A program made the translations under genes and the position numbers. Below are positions 1-10,390 of a stretch of 64,000 nt of DNA, piece by piece. Source of the DNA: Nanobdellota archaeon (lineage in GTDB: Archaea; Nanobdellota; Nanobdellia; Pacearchaeales; GW2011-AR1); NCBI GenBank assembly GCA_018815925.1, contig JAHIWS010000019.1, forward strand, positions 252 through 64,251, given 5' to 3'. The number at the start of each line of letters is the position of its first letter. The first letter of the stretch is position 1. A model generated the notes under the pieces. The model was not told the origin of the DNA. It worked only from the letters and a program-made list of their open reading frames with translations, and ran no database searches.

Positions 1-237
1 AAAATTAATTCATGGAAAAATAGGAAAGAACTCTCAAATTTTTAGATCAAAAAATAATAAAAAACAAATTATATTATACACATCTGTCGTAAAAGAAGAA
101 AAAGATAACCTATCAATAATAGAACAAATTGCAGAAAAATACAGTAGTTATAATATAAAACATGGATTATTAACAAAACAAAGCTAAAAATAATTTCATA
201 TACTAATCTATAAAAACCACACATACTTATTTTTTAC

Positions 238-2697
238 ATGAAAACAAGTTTTATCCCTATAGATTATGATTATTTTGACTTCAATGGAAGAAACTATACT
301 AAAATAATTGGAAGAAATTCAGAAGGAAAAAGAGTTTGTATTATTGATTCTTGCCCTGTTTATTTATGGGCTATTCTAAAAAATAACCTTAGCCAAAAGG
401 AAATTGGGGATGTAATAAAAAAAATATCAAAAATTAAACTCAATATTAAAGGAAGGCAAACAAAAGTAGAAAAAGTTGAATTACACAATAAAAAATTCCT
501 TGAAAAACCAGTAAAAGCATTAAAAATATTTGCTACAAATTACAAAGATCTTCATGACATAGCAGATAAATTAGGAATAAAAGAAATAGAAAAAAGAAGA
601 GGTTATGATTTAGGGTTTATTACTCATTATATAATAGAGAAAAAAATAAACCCCTTACAAAAATATGAAATTGAGGGAGAAATGTTAAACAATTCTTCAG
701 AATTTGGAGGAGTTGATATGGGTCTTGATGTTGATCTCTGCATAAATCTAAAAAAAGCTAAACTCCTAGAAAACAAAAAAACCAAATTCTTTCCAAAAAT
801 TCTTGCATATGATATAGAAACAGATGATCTTAAAATAGGAAAAGGAGAAATTTTAATGGTTTCTCTGGTTTCTGAAAAATTCAAAAAAGTTATAACTTGG
901 AAAAAATCATATTCAAAACCTTCATATGTTGAATATGTAAAAGACGAAACAGAACTTATAGAAAAATTCATAGAATATGTAAAAAAAATATCTCCTGATT
1001 TTTTGGTAGGATATTTTTCAGATGGATTTGATTTACCATATCTAAAGGCAAGAGCAGAAAAACACAAAATAAAATTAAATCTTGGGTTAGATAATAGCCA
1101 ACCAAGATTTTCAAGAGGAATAAACCTAACAGGAAAAATAAAAGGAATTGTACATATAGATATTTTAAAATTTATAAAAACAGCTTACGCTCAATATATG
1201 AAATCAGAAACTCTTTCTTTAAATGAAGTAGCAAAAGAATTTTTAGGGGACACAAAAAAACCATTTAAAATTAAACATTCTTCAGAACTTGAAAAAAAAG
1301 ATTGGAATAATTACTATGAATATAATTTACATGATTCTGTCCTAACCTTAAACCTCTTCCAAAAATTCTGGCCAGATATTAAGGAATTTACAAAAATTGT
1401 AAAAGAACCTGTTTTTGATATTACAAGATACGGGCTTTCAAAAATAGTTGAATCTTATCTTTTACATAATTTAGAAAAATTTAATGAAATTCCAGAAAAA
1501 AGACCAACTTCTGAAGAACTTAGCCAGAGAAGGAGAGATGGACCAGTAGAAGGAGCTTTTGTTTTTGAACCAAAACCTGGATTATATGAAAATATTGCAA
1601 TGTTTGATTTTACCTCTATGCATACAAGTATAATAATTTCAATGAACATTTCAAAATCCACTTTATTAGAAAAACCAGAAAAAAATACAAATTCAATAGA
1701 AACAAAAAGAGGGAAATTTTATTTTACAAAAAAACCAGGATTTCTTCCTTCCTTATTAAAAGAGATTTTTGAACAAAGAAGAAAAGCCAAATCTGAATTT
1801 AAAAAAAACCCTAATCCAATAACTCAAGCAGGAAGTAATGCATTTAAAGTATTGTCAGCTTCTGTCCATGGATATATTGGATTTTTTGGAGCTCGTTATT
1901 ATTCTAAAGAAGCTTCTGCATCTATTTTAGCTTTTGTTAGAAAATTTAATAAAGATACTATAAAAAATATTGAAAAAAAAGGATATAAAGTGATTTATGG
2001 GGACACTGATTCTATTGCATTTTTAATAAATAAAAACAAAGAAATTGAAATAAAATCACTTCTTCAAGATCTCAATGATAAACTCCCGGGAATAATGGAA
2101 TTAGAACTTGAAGGTTTTTTCGAAAGAGGACTTTGGGTAACTACAAGAGCAGGAATTACAGGGGCAAAAAAGAAATATGCTCTCTTATCTAAAGATAAAA
2201 AAATTAAAATCAGAGGTTTTGAAACAGTCAGAAGAGATTGGTGCAATTTAGCAAGAAAATTACAGGATCAAATAATAAAACAGATTCTTATTGATGGAAA
2301 TGAAAAAAAGTCACTTGAATATTTAAAAGATATTGTAAAAAAAATAAAACAAAGAAAAATAAGAAAAGAAGAACTCATTATTAAAACCCAATTAAAAAAA
2401 CCTATTTCTGAATATAAAGCAACAACACCCCATGTAGTTGCCGCTAAAAAAATGCATGAAAAGAAAATACCTATTGGAACAGGAACTCTAATTAAATATT
2501 ATGTTGCAGAAGCTAACCAAAAAAAAGCTCTTGTAAGAGAAAGAGTAAAACTTCCAGATGAACCAGGAAAATATGATATTAAATATTATTTAGAAAGGCA
2601 GATTCTTCCAGCAGTTGAAAATATTTTTCAGGTCTTTAAGATAAATACAAAAGAAATCATTGAAGGAAAAAAACAAATGACTTTAGGAGATTTTTAA
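238..2697 (+). CDS. polB: Family B DNA polymerase
   Basis: Exo motifs YDIETD, FDLPY and YNLHD; motif C YGDTDS; KKKYA, RGFETVRRDW, YYLERQILP; C-terminal PIP box QMTLGDF. Confidence 0.96.
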   Translation: MKTSFIPIDYDYFDFNGRNYTKIIGRNSEGKRVCIIDSCPVYLWAILKNNLSQKEIGDVIKKISKIKLNIKGRQTKVEKVELHNKKFLEKPVKALKIFATNYKDLHDIADKLGIKEIEKRRGYDLGFITHYIIEKKINPLQKYEIEGEMLNNSSEFGGVDMGLDVDLCINLKKAKLLENKKTKFFPKILAYDIETDDLKIGKGEILMVSLVSEKFKKVITWKKSYSKPSYVEYVKDETELIEKFIEYVKKISPDFLVGYFSDGFDLPYLKARAEKHKIKLNLGLDNSQPRFSRGINLTGKIKGIVHIDILKFIKTAYAQYMKSETLSLNEVAKEFLGDTKKPFKIKHSSELEKKDWNNYYEYNLHDSVLTLNLFQKFWPDIKEFTKIVKEPVFDITRYGLSKIVESYLLHNLEKFNEIPEKRPTSEELSQRRRDGPVEGAFVFEPKPGLYENIAMFDFTSMHTSIIISMNISKSTLLEKPEKNTNSIETKRGKFYFTKKPGFLPSLLKEIFEQRRKAKSEFKKNPNPITQAGSNAFKVLSASVHGYIGFFGARYYSKEASASILAFVRKFNKDTIKNIEKKGYKVIYGDTDSIAFLINKNKEIEIKSLLQDLNDKLPGIMELELEGFFERGLWVTTRAGITGAKKKYALLSKDKKIKIRGFETVRRDWCNLARKLQDQIIKQILIDGNEKKSLEYLKDIVKKIKQRKIRKEELIIKTQLKKPISEYKATTPHVVAAKKMHEKKIPIGTGTLIKYYVAEANQKKALVRERVKLPDEPGKYDIKYYLERQILPAVENIFQVFKINTKEIIEGKKQMTLGDF

Positions 2698-3132
2698 TTA
2701 TTTTAATTCTAAACCACTATTTCTAAGCACTGTTCTTACAATATCTAAATCATCTGCTGAAGTTATATCAAAATAAGTAAACTCTACACCTAAGGAACTT
2801 ACACTATCAGAATCAAATTCTGGAGTACTTGATCTTGAATGTCCAGATGGTTCAATATAAGATTTAATCCTCAAATGAGCATTAATAGAAGGAATTGAGA
2901 ATAATGTTTCATTCTTACATATATCTCCCTCTTTTTTTTGCACTACTTTTCCTAAATTTGGAACAATCCCTTCAGGAATACTAATACAATTACTCGCTAC
3001 GGGATATTTACCAAAAAGCATATAATCACCCAAACCATTAATAATATTATTATAAGCTAGTAAAACATTCTTACCACTAGCCGTATTATTTTTCAAAATA
3101 TATTTTTCTCGCACAATTTTACTCAAATTCAT
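2698..3132 (-). CDS. Hypothetical protein
   Basis: 144-aa ORF filling the gap, stop abuts polB stop; no recognisable motif. Confidence 0.55.
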   Translation of the reverse strand: MNLSKIVREKYILKNNTASGKNVLLAYNNIINGLGDYMLFGKYPVASNCISIPEGIVPNLGKVVQKKEGDICKNETLFSIPSINAHLRIKSYIEPSGHSRSSTPEFDSDSVSSLGVEFTYFDITSADDLDIVRTVLRNSGLELK

Positions 3133-3387
3133 AAAAAAAATTACACTAATTAATAGATAAATATTATTATCCTAAAAACTATGGATTAGATAAATGACTT
3201 TAAAAAACCAAAAGCCCCTTAGCAAGATTTAGAGTAAATTTAAAAATATCTGTTCCAAAAAATATAAAACTTACAGTTGGAAAAAAACATATAAAACCCA
3301 ACATTAATAAATTACCAAATTTATGCCTCATTAGAAATCGAAGAATTAGTAATTTATAAAACTTTACCTAACAAAAATTATAAAAAA

Positions 3388-3604
3388 TCAAACATCCCCT
3401 AGTAATTCTAATGGTTCAAGCCCATCTTCACTAATAGCTCCTAATGGCTCAATAGAAGCAGAACCAACAATCAATTTGCATACTGGCTCAGAATTTCCCC
3501 ATGGAACAACATCAAAGTCAGGCCTAAATGCATATGATAAATCGTCAGTACTAATTCCACTACCATTAAAAATAATAGTCGGACTACTTGCTCCTATAAA
3601 CCAT
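3388..3604 (-). pseudogene. Possible gene remnant (open frame of ~70 codons without an in-frame start)
   Basis: Minus frame reads WFIGASSPTIIFNGSG...EPLELLGDV*; the nearest ATG (3602-3604) is out of frame. Confidence 0.3.
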
Positions 3605-3647
3605 CAAAATCTTAATACTTTATAAATATAACTCTACTTACTAATTC

Positions 3648-4703
3648 ATGCAAAGAAAAAACTTCCCCCTACTAAAACCACTTTTCCTAGAAAGAATGCA
3701 AAAACTATTATCAGAAAAATCTGATTTTCAATCCTATCTAGATATACTCAAAATTCCTCCTGTAAGGTCAATTCGTTGCAATACCCTAAAACTAACTCCA
3801 CAAGATCTCAAAACTAGACTTGAAAATAAAACATGGAAAATAAAACAACCATGGAAAAATCATCCTGAAATAATGGTTGTTGAAGGGAAAATTATTGATC
3901 AAAATCAAATTGATAAAGAAACTATTAATAGAAAAAGAAGGGATAATAAAAATGTGGTAATTGGGAATGTGGAAAATCTCCAACCAGGTGAACTTGGGAA
4001 AGCTCTTGAACATCTTTTAGGATATTATTATATTCAAGAATTAGCAAGTATGCTTCCGATAATTACATTAAATTCAGAATCAGGTGGATTTATTTTAGAC
4101 TTATGCTCTGCTCCAGGAAGCAAAACAACTCAAGCAGCTGCAGAAATAAAAAATACAAGAACAATAATTGCAAATGAAGTTTCATTAGGAAGAATAAAGA
4201 TTCTTGCTTCAAATCTAGAAAGATGTGGGGTAACAAACACAATAATAACAAAAAAAGAGGGAACAGCATTATGTAAAAGATTAAAAAAACAAAACTTTCA
4301 ATTTGATACAATTTTAGTGGATGCTCCTTGTTCAGGAGAAGGAACTTTAAGATCAAGTCCTAAAACATATTTAATGTGGAACATCAAAACAATAAAAAAT
4401 CTTCCTAAAATTCAAAAAAACCTTGTAACCTCTGCACTAGAAATTCTAAAACCAAACGGAACACTTATTTATTCGACCTGCACCCATGCTCCAGAAGAAA
4501 ATGAAGGAGTTATAAATGAAATCTTAAAAGAAAATAAAAATCTAAAATTAGAAAAAATTAAACTCCCCATAAAACCAAGACCAGGGATAACAAATTGGGA
4601 AGATAAAAAATATTCTAAAGAAATAACTAAATGTGCAAGAATTTATCCTCAAGATAATAACACCGAAGGATTTTTCATTGCTAAACTAAAAAAAACAAAA
4701 TGA
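3648..4703 (+). CDS. RsmB/RsmF/NOP2-family RNA m5C methyltransferase
   Basis: YYIQE, LDLCSAPGSKTT, ILVDAPCSGEG, YSTCT, PEENE, EGFFIA motifs. Confidence 0.95.
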   Translation: MQRKNFPLLKPLFLERMQKLLSEKSDFQSYLDILKIPPVRSIRCNTLKLTPQDLKTRLENKTWKIKQPWKNHPEIMVVEGKIIDQNQIDKETINRKRRDNKNVVIGNVENLQPGELGKALEHLLGYYYIQELASMLPIITLNSESGGFILDLCSAPGSKTTQAAAEIKNTRTIIANEVSLGRIKILASNLERCGVTNTIITKKEGTALCKRLKKQNFQFDTILVDAPCSGEGTLRSSPKTYLMWNIKTIKNLPKIQKNLVTSALEILKPNGTLIYSTCTHAPEENEGVINEILKENKNLKLEKIKLPIKPRPGITNWEDKKYSKEITKCARIYPQDNNTEGFFIAKLKKTK

Positions 4704-5008
4704 CAAAACTCTTATTTTTACCATACTGCTTAAAAAAAATCCAAATCCAAAAATTAAAAAAAATTGCCATAGAAAAAAATTATGAAGTTTATGTTGTTGG
4801 AGGAAGCTCAAGAGTAAAAAAAATACTACAACAATACAAAAATATTGAATATCTCGTAGGAATTGCATGTGAAGATGAAATTAAATTAGCACAAAATTAT
4901 ATTCAAAAATTAAAAAATAATGGAACAAAAACCAAAGCAATCTTACTCACTAATGATGGTTGCAAAGGAACTTGTGTAAACATTGAAAAAGTTATAGCTG
5001 AGTTATAA
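4700..5008 (+). CDS. DUF116-like protein (short)
   Basis: LFLPYCL...YVVGGS...VGIACEDE...GCKGTCVN pattern. Confidence 0.65.
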   Translation: MTKLLFLPYCLKKIQIQKLKKIAIEKNYEVYVVGGSSRVKKILQQYKNIEYLVGIACEDEIKLAQNYIQKLKNNGTKTKAILLTNDGCKGTCVNIEKVIAEL

Positions 5009-5009
5009 A

Positions 5010-5465
5010 ATGTCTATTAAAATCCTAAACAAATCTGAAAAACAAGAAATCCTAAACAAATTAAAAAATCAGTTTGGAATTACAGATATTCAGGGATTAC
5101 TAGTAAAATGCGGAGCAGAAAGAATCTTTCTTTTTCAAGGCTCTTTAAACCAAAAAGAAATTAAAAAACTTGAAAAAATAGTACCAATTGAAAGAGTGGG
5201 AATTTATTTTGCAAAAGAACAAAATAATCTAATTAGATTAAGTATTGATGGTATCCTCATCCTTAAAAACCAAATTAAAAAAAACATATTTGAATTAAAT
5301 CAAGAACAAATGAAAGAATGGATGTGTGGAAATGAACTAAATATAAATTCAGGTCTTAACGATTTTGTTATTATAAAATACAAAAATGATTTTCTAGGAA
5401 CAGGAAAAGCTTCTGAAAATAAAATAACCAATTTCATACCTAAAGCAAGAAGACTTAAAAAATAA
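5010..5465 (+). CDS. NIP7/RsmF C-terminal PUA-like protein
   Basis: RVGIYFAK, IRLSIDG, EWMCG, FLGTGK, NFIPKARR; co-operonic with the m5C methyltransferase. Confidence 0.7.
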   Translation: MSIKILNKSEKQEILNKLKNQFGITDIQGLLVKCGAERIFLFQGSLNQKEIKKLEKIVPIERVGIYFAKEQNNLIRLSIDGILILKNQIKKNIFELNQEQMKEWMCGNELNINSGLNDFVIIKYKNDFLGTGKASENKITNFIPKARRLKK

Positions 5466-5482
5466 AAATCCTTTAAAAATAA

Positions 5483-5947
5483 ATGTTGAAAAAAATAAAG
5501 AGGTTTTTAGATAAAACAACTTCTCTAAACGGAAAAGCTTCAAATATCTTAACTAGGCTTATAAGATACAGTCTAACAGGGTTAAGTTCTGGAACAGTAG
5601 ATTTAACTTTATTAATAATTCTTGTAGAAATTTTTAAAGTATATTATTTAATAGCAGCAACAATTTCATTTATAGCAACACATTCAAGTGCATATTTTAT
5701 TAATAGAAAATGGGGTTTTAAGGATTCAAAATCTTCAACATCAACAGGATATTATTTTTTTATTACATTTGGTATAATAGGAATAATTTTAACACTTTAT
5801 TTATTAAAATTTGGTGTAGAAACTCTTAAAATAAACTATATTTTAGCCAGAATTATAGTGGGAATCACAGTAGGAATTTTTAATTTTTCAATGAATTTTT
5901 TTATAACATTTAGAATGAAAATTTTTAATCCTAAAAAAACTAAATAA
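5483..5947 (+). CDS. GtrA-family membrane protein
   Basis: Four TM segments; RY..G...VD, INRKWGF, NF...F pattern. Confidence 0.8.
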   Translation: MLKKIKRFLDKTTSLNGKASNILTRLIRYSLTGLSSGTVDLTLLIILVEIFKVYYLIAATISFIATHSSAYFINRKWGFKDSKSSTSTGYYFFITFGIIGIILTLYLLKFGVETLKINYILARIIVGITVGIFNFSMNFFITFRMKIFNPKKTK

Positions 5948-6146
5948 ATTTTTTTTTCAACCCCTTAACATTAATATGCATCAAAGAAGAACCATTTTTT
6001 TTATAAAATAACTGATCTACCTCATTTCCCTTTCTAAAATCAAAATAATCACTCCAATCATAAGTACAAATAAAACCCTTAAGTAAAGTCTTTGCAATAA
6101 AAACAAATCCCCTTCCAGGACTATAATCACTATTACAATTTACCAT
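5940..6146 (-). CDS. Small hypothetical protein
   Basis: 68-aa ORF filling the gap, upstream TTTAAATA box. Confidence 0.4.
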   Translation of the reverse strand: MVNCNSDYSPGRGFVFIAKTLLKGFICTYDWSDYFDFRKGNEVDQLFYKKNGSSLMHINVKGLKKKFI

Positions 6147-6196
6147 AAAAACTAGTCATACAAAGCATATTTAAATGTTGTTATTTTAAATTTTTT

Positions 6197-7072
6197 ATGA
6201 ATACTAAAAAGATATTAGAAGCAGGCAAAATAGCAAAACAAGCTAAAGAATATGCTAAAAACCTCATAAAAAAAGACATGCTCTTACTTGAAATAGCAGA
6301 AAAAATAGAATCAAAAATAATAAAATTAGGAGGAAAACTCGCTTTTCCAGTTAATCTTTCTATAGATAACATAGCCGCACATTACACCCCTTCTTACAAT
6401 GACAAATTAAAAGCATACGGGCTATTAAAAGTAGATTTAGGAGTTCATATTGATGGCTTTATTGCTGACACAGCTTTTTCATTAGACCTTGAAAACTCTG
6501 AAGAAAATAAAAAACTCATAGAAGCCAGTAAAAAAGCACTTGAAGTAGCTCAAAAAACAATAAAAAAAGAAATTAAAGTAAATGAAATAGGAAGAATAAT
6601 AGAAAAAACAATTGAATCTCAAGGATTTTCACCTATAATTAATCTTTCAGGTCATGAAATGAAAAAATACGAACTTCACGCAGGATTAACAATTCCAAAT
6701 ATAGATAATAAAAAAAGAATTCCCTTACTTACAGGACTCTATGCAGTAGAACCTTTTGCAAGTACAGGAAACGGAAAAATCCATGATGGAAAACCTTCTG
6801 GCATTTATATGTTACAATTACAAAACCAACCAAGAAGCCCTATTGCAAGAGAGATTTTACAATACATAATTGAAGAGTATCAAACACTTCCATTTTGTTC
6901 TAGGTGGCTAATTAAAAAATTTAACACCAAAGCTCTTTTTGCATTAAGAGAACTAGAAAATAATGGTAACTTACATCACTTTCCTCAATTAGTTGAAAAA
7001 GAAAACAGTAAAGTCAGCCAAGCAGAAAACACAATTCTTGTAGAAGATAAAACAACAGTTACAACAGAGTAA
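6197..7072 (+). CDS. map: Methionine aminopeptidase type II
   Basis: AFPVN, AAHYTP, KVDLGVHIDGFIADTA, NLSGH, AVEPF motifs. Confidence 0.96.
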   Translation: MNTKKILEAGKIAKQAKEYAKNLIKKDMLLLEIAEKIESKIIKLGGKLAFPVNLSIDNIAAHYTPSYNDKLKAYGLLKVDLGVHIDGFIADTAFSLDLENSEENKKLIEASKKALEVAQKTIKKEIKVNEIGRIIEKTIESQGFSPIINLSGHEMKKYELHAGLTIPNIDNKKRIPLLTGLYAVEPFASTGNGKIHDGKPSGIYMLQLQNQPRSPIAREILQYIIEEYQTLPFCSRWLIKKFNTKALFALRELENNGNLHHFPQLVEKENSKVSQAENTILVEDKTTVTTE

Positions 7073-7279
7073 TTAATATTTAGAACTATATTCAACTCTT
7101 TTTACCCAACCCTATACCTGTACCATATTCTTTCTCTAACTCTCGCCTCACAAAAAGATAACTAAAAGTATGACTATCTTCTTGACAAGAACCTTTTTCT
7201 AAATTAACTTTTAACCTTACAAATCTTCCTTCATTATCAATAACATTAGTAAACTTCATAAAACCTCATCAACAAAATC

Positions 7280-7594
7280 TTATTTAAATCTTTCTTTTAT
7301 TAAGGTTTTATGAGGAAGAATTTCATACATAGGCCATATTGGGAAAAAACCAACTTCTTCAAATTTCTTAGGTCTATAGATTTCTTTTAAAATTTTTTTC
7401 TTTTGCAAATCACCAAGGACCTTGCTTGTTAAATTTAAAATATCTTTTTCAGATTTTTGATAAGATTTATCATCTAGATTATCCCTAAAAGGTAAAGGCC
7501 ATAAAATTCTAAATGCAGTAAAAAAAGATCTCTTTCCTATATTTTTGTCACAATATTTATAAATTTCTCTCTTAAAAACATCTTCAACACACAT
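7280..7594 (-). CDS. Hypothetical protein (start probably ATG 7594)
   Basis: ORF downstream of cdc48; the longer ORF call overlaps cdc48. Confidence 0.4.
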   Translation of the reverse strand: MCVEDVFKREIYKYCDKNIGKRSFFTAFRILWPLPFRDNLDDKSYQKSEKDILNLTSKVLGDLQKKKILKEIYRPKKFEEVGFFPIWPMYEILPHKTLIKERFK

Positions 7595-7646
7595 AAACCC
7601 AAAAAAATTTATGATTTTATAAAAATTATTGTGGTAAAAAATAAAC

Positions 7647-9962
7647 TCAACCCAAATAACTATTTCCAAGAGGAACAGATGCTTTTGCAGATTTTAAAAA
7701 TGATTCTTCAACCTTTTTATAAACATCAAGTGTTTGCTTACTTACACTTGGTTTAATCTTTTTCAAAGCTTCTTCAAAATGTCTTTTAGTGACTAATTTA
7801 CATTCTTTATTTTCCCTCAAGGCCAACATTGCTGCCTCCCTAACTAAAGACCCAAGATCAGCACCAGTATAGCCCATTGTTTTTTTAGCTAAATCTACTA
7901 AAAATCTAATTTTATCTTTATCACCCAATAATTTCTTTTCATTTCCCAAGGGAGTCCTCCTTGTATGAATATTCAGAATCATTTCTCTTCCTTTTTCTTC
8001 AGGAGCTCCAACAAGCAAAATTTTATCAAATCGTCCAGGCCTTAATAAACCAGCATCTAACATATCTGGACGATTTGTGGCCCCAATAACTAAAACATCA
8101 TTTATTTCCTCAAGACCATCCATTTCTGCAAGCATTTGATTAAGAACTCTTTCAGTAACCTTTGTTCCTACCTCTGCCCCTCTTTTACCTGCTAAAGAAT
8201 CAATCTCATCAAAAAAAACTATGCAAGGAGCAACTTGTCTAGCTCTTTCAAAAATCTTTCTCATTCCTTTTTCAGATTCTCCAACCCATTTACTTAAAAG
8301 TTCAGGACCTTTAATGTGAATAAAATTAGCCTCTGATTCTTTTGCTACTGCTTTAGCCAAAAGAGTTTTCCCTGTTCCAGGAGGACCATAAAGTAAAATG
8401 CCTCTTTGAGGCCTAACCCCCATTCTCTCAAAACTCTCAGGATATTTTAAAGGCCATTCCACAGCTTCTATTAATTCTCGTTTAATTATATCAAGGCCTC
8501 CAACTTCTTTCCACCCAACACTAGGTGTTTCAACTAAAACTTCCCTCATAGCACTAGGCCTAACTACCTTTAAAGCATCTATAAAATCTTTTTGTCTAAC
8601 AATTAATTTTTCTAAAATTTCTGGAGAAATTTGTTCTTCCCTATCTAAATTCATTTGAGGTAATAATTTTCTTAAAACATTCATAGCAGATTCTTTAGCT
8701 AAAGCCTCTAAATCAGCTCCAACAAAACCATGAGTTAAAGAAGCAATATCATCAAGCTTAACATCTTTAGTTAAAGGCATCCCCCTAGTATGAATTCCCA
8801 AAATTGTCCTTCTTCCTTTTTTATCAGGAACTCCCACTTCAATTTCCCTATCAAATCTTCCAGGCCTTCTTAAAGCAGGATCAATTGCATTAACCCTATT
8901 TGTAGCTCCAATAACAATAACTTTACCTCTAGATTTAAGACCATCCATCATAGTTAAAATTTGACTCACAACTCTTCTTTCAACTTCTCCCTGAACATCT
9001 TCTCTTTTAGGTGCTACTGCATCTAATTCATCAATAAAAATAATAGCAGGAGCTGTTTTTGAAGCTTCCTCAAACATATCTCTAATTTTTTTTTCTGATT
9101 CACCATAAAATTTACTCATAACTTCAGGACCATTTAAAAGAATAAAATTGGCCTCTGATTCATTTGCTACTGCTTTAGCCAAAAGAGTCTTCCCTGTTCC
9201 AGGAGGACCGTGAAGTAAAACCCCTTTAGGAGGTTCAATTCCAAGTTTATCAAAAATCTCAGGATGCTTCAAAGGAATTTCAACCATCTCTCTTATTTTT
9301 TTAATCTCATCACTTAAACCACCAATATCTTCATAAGTTATTTCAGGAATTTTTTCATCAGTTATTTCAACTGCCTTTGGATTTAAACTAACTTCTGTAT
9401 TTTCAGTAATTATTACTGGTGTACCAGGTGTTACACTAACCACCATAAATTTAAGTTGAGAAACACCTCCACCTAATTGACCAAACATATTACTAAAAGG
9501 ACTATCTCCAAAATCTTCTCCAAAAAACTCTGATAATAAATCATGTCTTCTTTGAACACCACCTAAAACAACAATATCTCCTTTTACAAGTGTCCTTCCT
9601 AAAAGTCCTCTTCTGAGACTCTCAGGATCTCCTTGAACCATAATTCCTTTTTGAGCAGGAGCAATCATTATTTTTTTTGCTTCTTTAACATCTATTTTAG
9701 AAACAACAACAACATCTCCAATACCTGTTCTTGCATTTCTTCTCAAGATACCATCAATTCTAATTATCCCCTCTCCAACATCTGCAGGATATGCTCTATC
9801 AGCAATTGCAACTGTCTCTCTATTTCCTTTAATAAGAATAATATCTCCCTTTCTAATTTCTAATTTCCTCATAATTTCAGAATCTACCCTAGCAATTCCT
9901 TTATATGCATCATCTTGCATTGATTCAACAACCTTTAACTTAATACTTTTTTTATCTGTCAT
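7647..9962 (-). CDS. cdc48: CDC48/VCP-like AAA+ ATPase
   Basis: N-domain plus two AAA modules (GPPGTGKT twice, IFIDE/VFFDE, RPGRFD twice). Confidence 0.97.
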   Translation of the reverse strand: MTDKKSIKLKVVESMQDDAYKGIARVDSEIMRKLEIRKGDIILIKGNRETVAIADRAYPADVGEGIIRIDGILRRNARTGIGDVVVVSKIDVKEAKKIMIAPAQKGIMVQGDPESLRRGLLGRTLVKGDIVVLGGVQRRHDLLSEFFGEDFGDSPFSNMFGQLGGGVSQLKFMVVSVTPGTPVIITENTEVSLNPKAVEITDEKIPEITYEDIGGLSDEIKKIREMVEIPLKHPEIFDKLGIEPPKGVLLHGPPGTGKTLLAKAVANESEANFILLNGPEVMSKFYGESEKKIRDMFEEASKTAPAIIFIDELDAVAPKREDVQGEVERRVVSQILTMMDGLKSRGKVIVIGATNRVNAIDPALRRPGRFDREIEVGVPDKKGRRTILGIHTRGMPLTKDVKLDDIASLTHGFVGADLEALAKESAMNVLRKLLPQMNLDREEQISPEILEKLIVRQKDFIDALKVVRPSAMREVLVETPSVGWKEVGGLDIIKRELIEAVEWPLKYPESFERMGVRPQRGILLYGPPGTGKTLLAKAVAKESEANFIHIKGPELLSKWVGESEKGMRKIFERARQVAPCIVFFDEIDSLAGKRGAEVGTKVTERVLNQMLAEMDGLEEINDVLVIGATNRPDMLDAGLLRPGRFDKILLVGAPEEKGREMILNIHTRRTPLGNEKKLLGDKDKIRFLVDLAKKTMGYTGADLGSLVREAAMLALRENKECKLVTKRHFEEALKKIKPSVSKQTLDVYKKVEESFLKSAKASVPLGNSYLG

Positions 9963-10315
9963 TTTCCATTCTCCAAAATTTCATTAAAGCATAAACTGAC
10001 TCTTCCTGCTTCTTCAAAACATAATTTAACCATGTCATTCACCATTTTCTCTTGTTCTTGCATAAAATTTACTATCTCTCTTGGAATTGAAACAGCGTAA
10101 CTATTTCCTACCAACCTCATCTTAACTCTAAATTCTCTATTCTTTAGATTAATAAACCTATTGTATTCTTGTTCATCAACAGGATGTAAAACTTTTGAAG
10201 AACATTTAGGACAAACAACTGCTCTTAAAATAAAACCATTTTTAGAAATATTTACCTTTTGCATCTCTTTTTTACATTTCTTACATAAAATAGGATTATC
10301 AAGTATATCTACCAT
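9959..10315 (-). CDS. Zn-ribbon plus AbrB/MazE-type DNA-binding protein
   Basis: CKKC...CPKC then [17 protein letters not shown] (swapped-hairpin signature); overlaps cdc48 start by ATGA. Confidence 0.8.
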   Translation of the reverse strand: MVDILDNPILCKKCKKEMQKVNISKNGFILRAVVCPKCSSKVLHPVDEQEYNRFINLKNREFRVKMRLVGNSYAVSIPREIVNFMQEQEKMVNDMVKLCFEEAGRVSLCFNEILENGK

Positions 10316-10337
10316 GTGTATACATACAAGTGTATAC
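10316..10337. promoter_or_regulatory. Candidate operator: two GTGTATAC repeats between TATA box and start codon
   Basis: GTGTATAC at 10316-10323 and 10330-10337, each with a palindromic GTATAC core; TTTAAATA box on the minus strand at ~10339-10346. Confidence 0.5.
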
Positions 10338-10390
10338 TATTTAAATGTTTTGATGAAAATTTATTAAAAATTTGCAATAAAATTACCTTG

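Noticed and set aside
1..237. Possible gene end at the window start
   Set aside because: No convincing frame or motif visible in this fragment.
627..2246. Antisense ORFs inside polB, and similar shadow ORFs inside topA, valS, gap, trxR, GT4 and others
   Set aside because: They lie wholly within well-supported genes and have no motifs; expected shadows in AT-rich DNA.
7102..7259. 52-codon minus-strand ORF downstream of map
   Set aside because: Short, no motif; cannot be supported as a gene.
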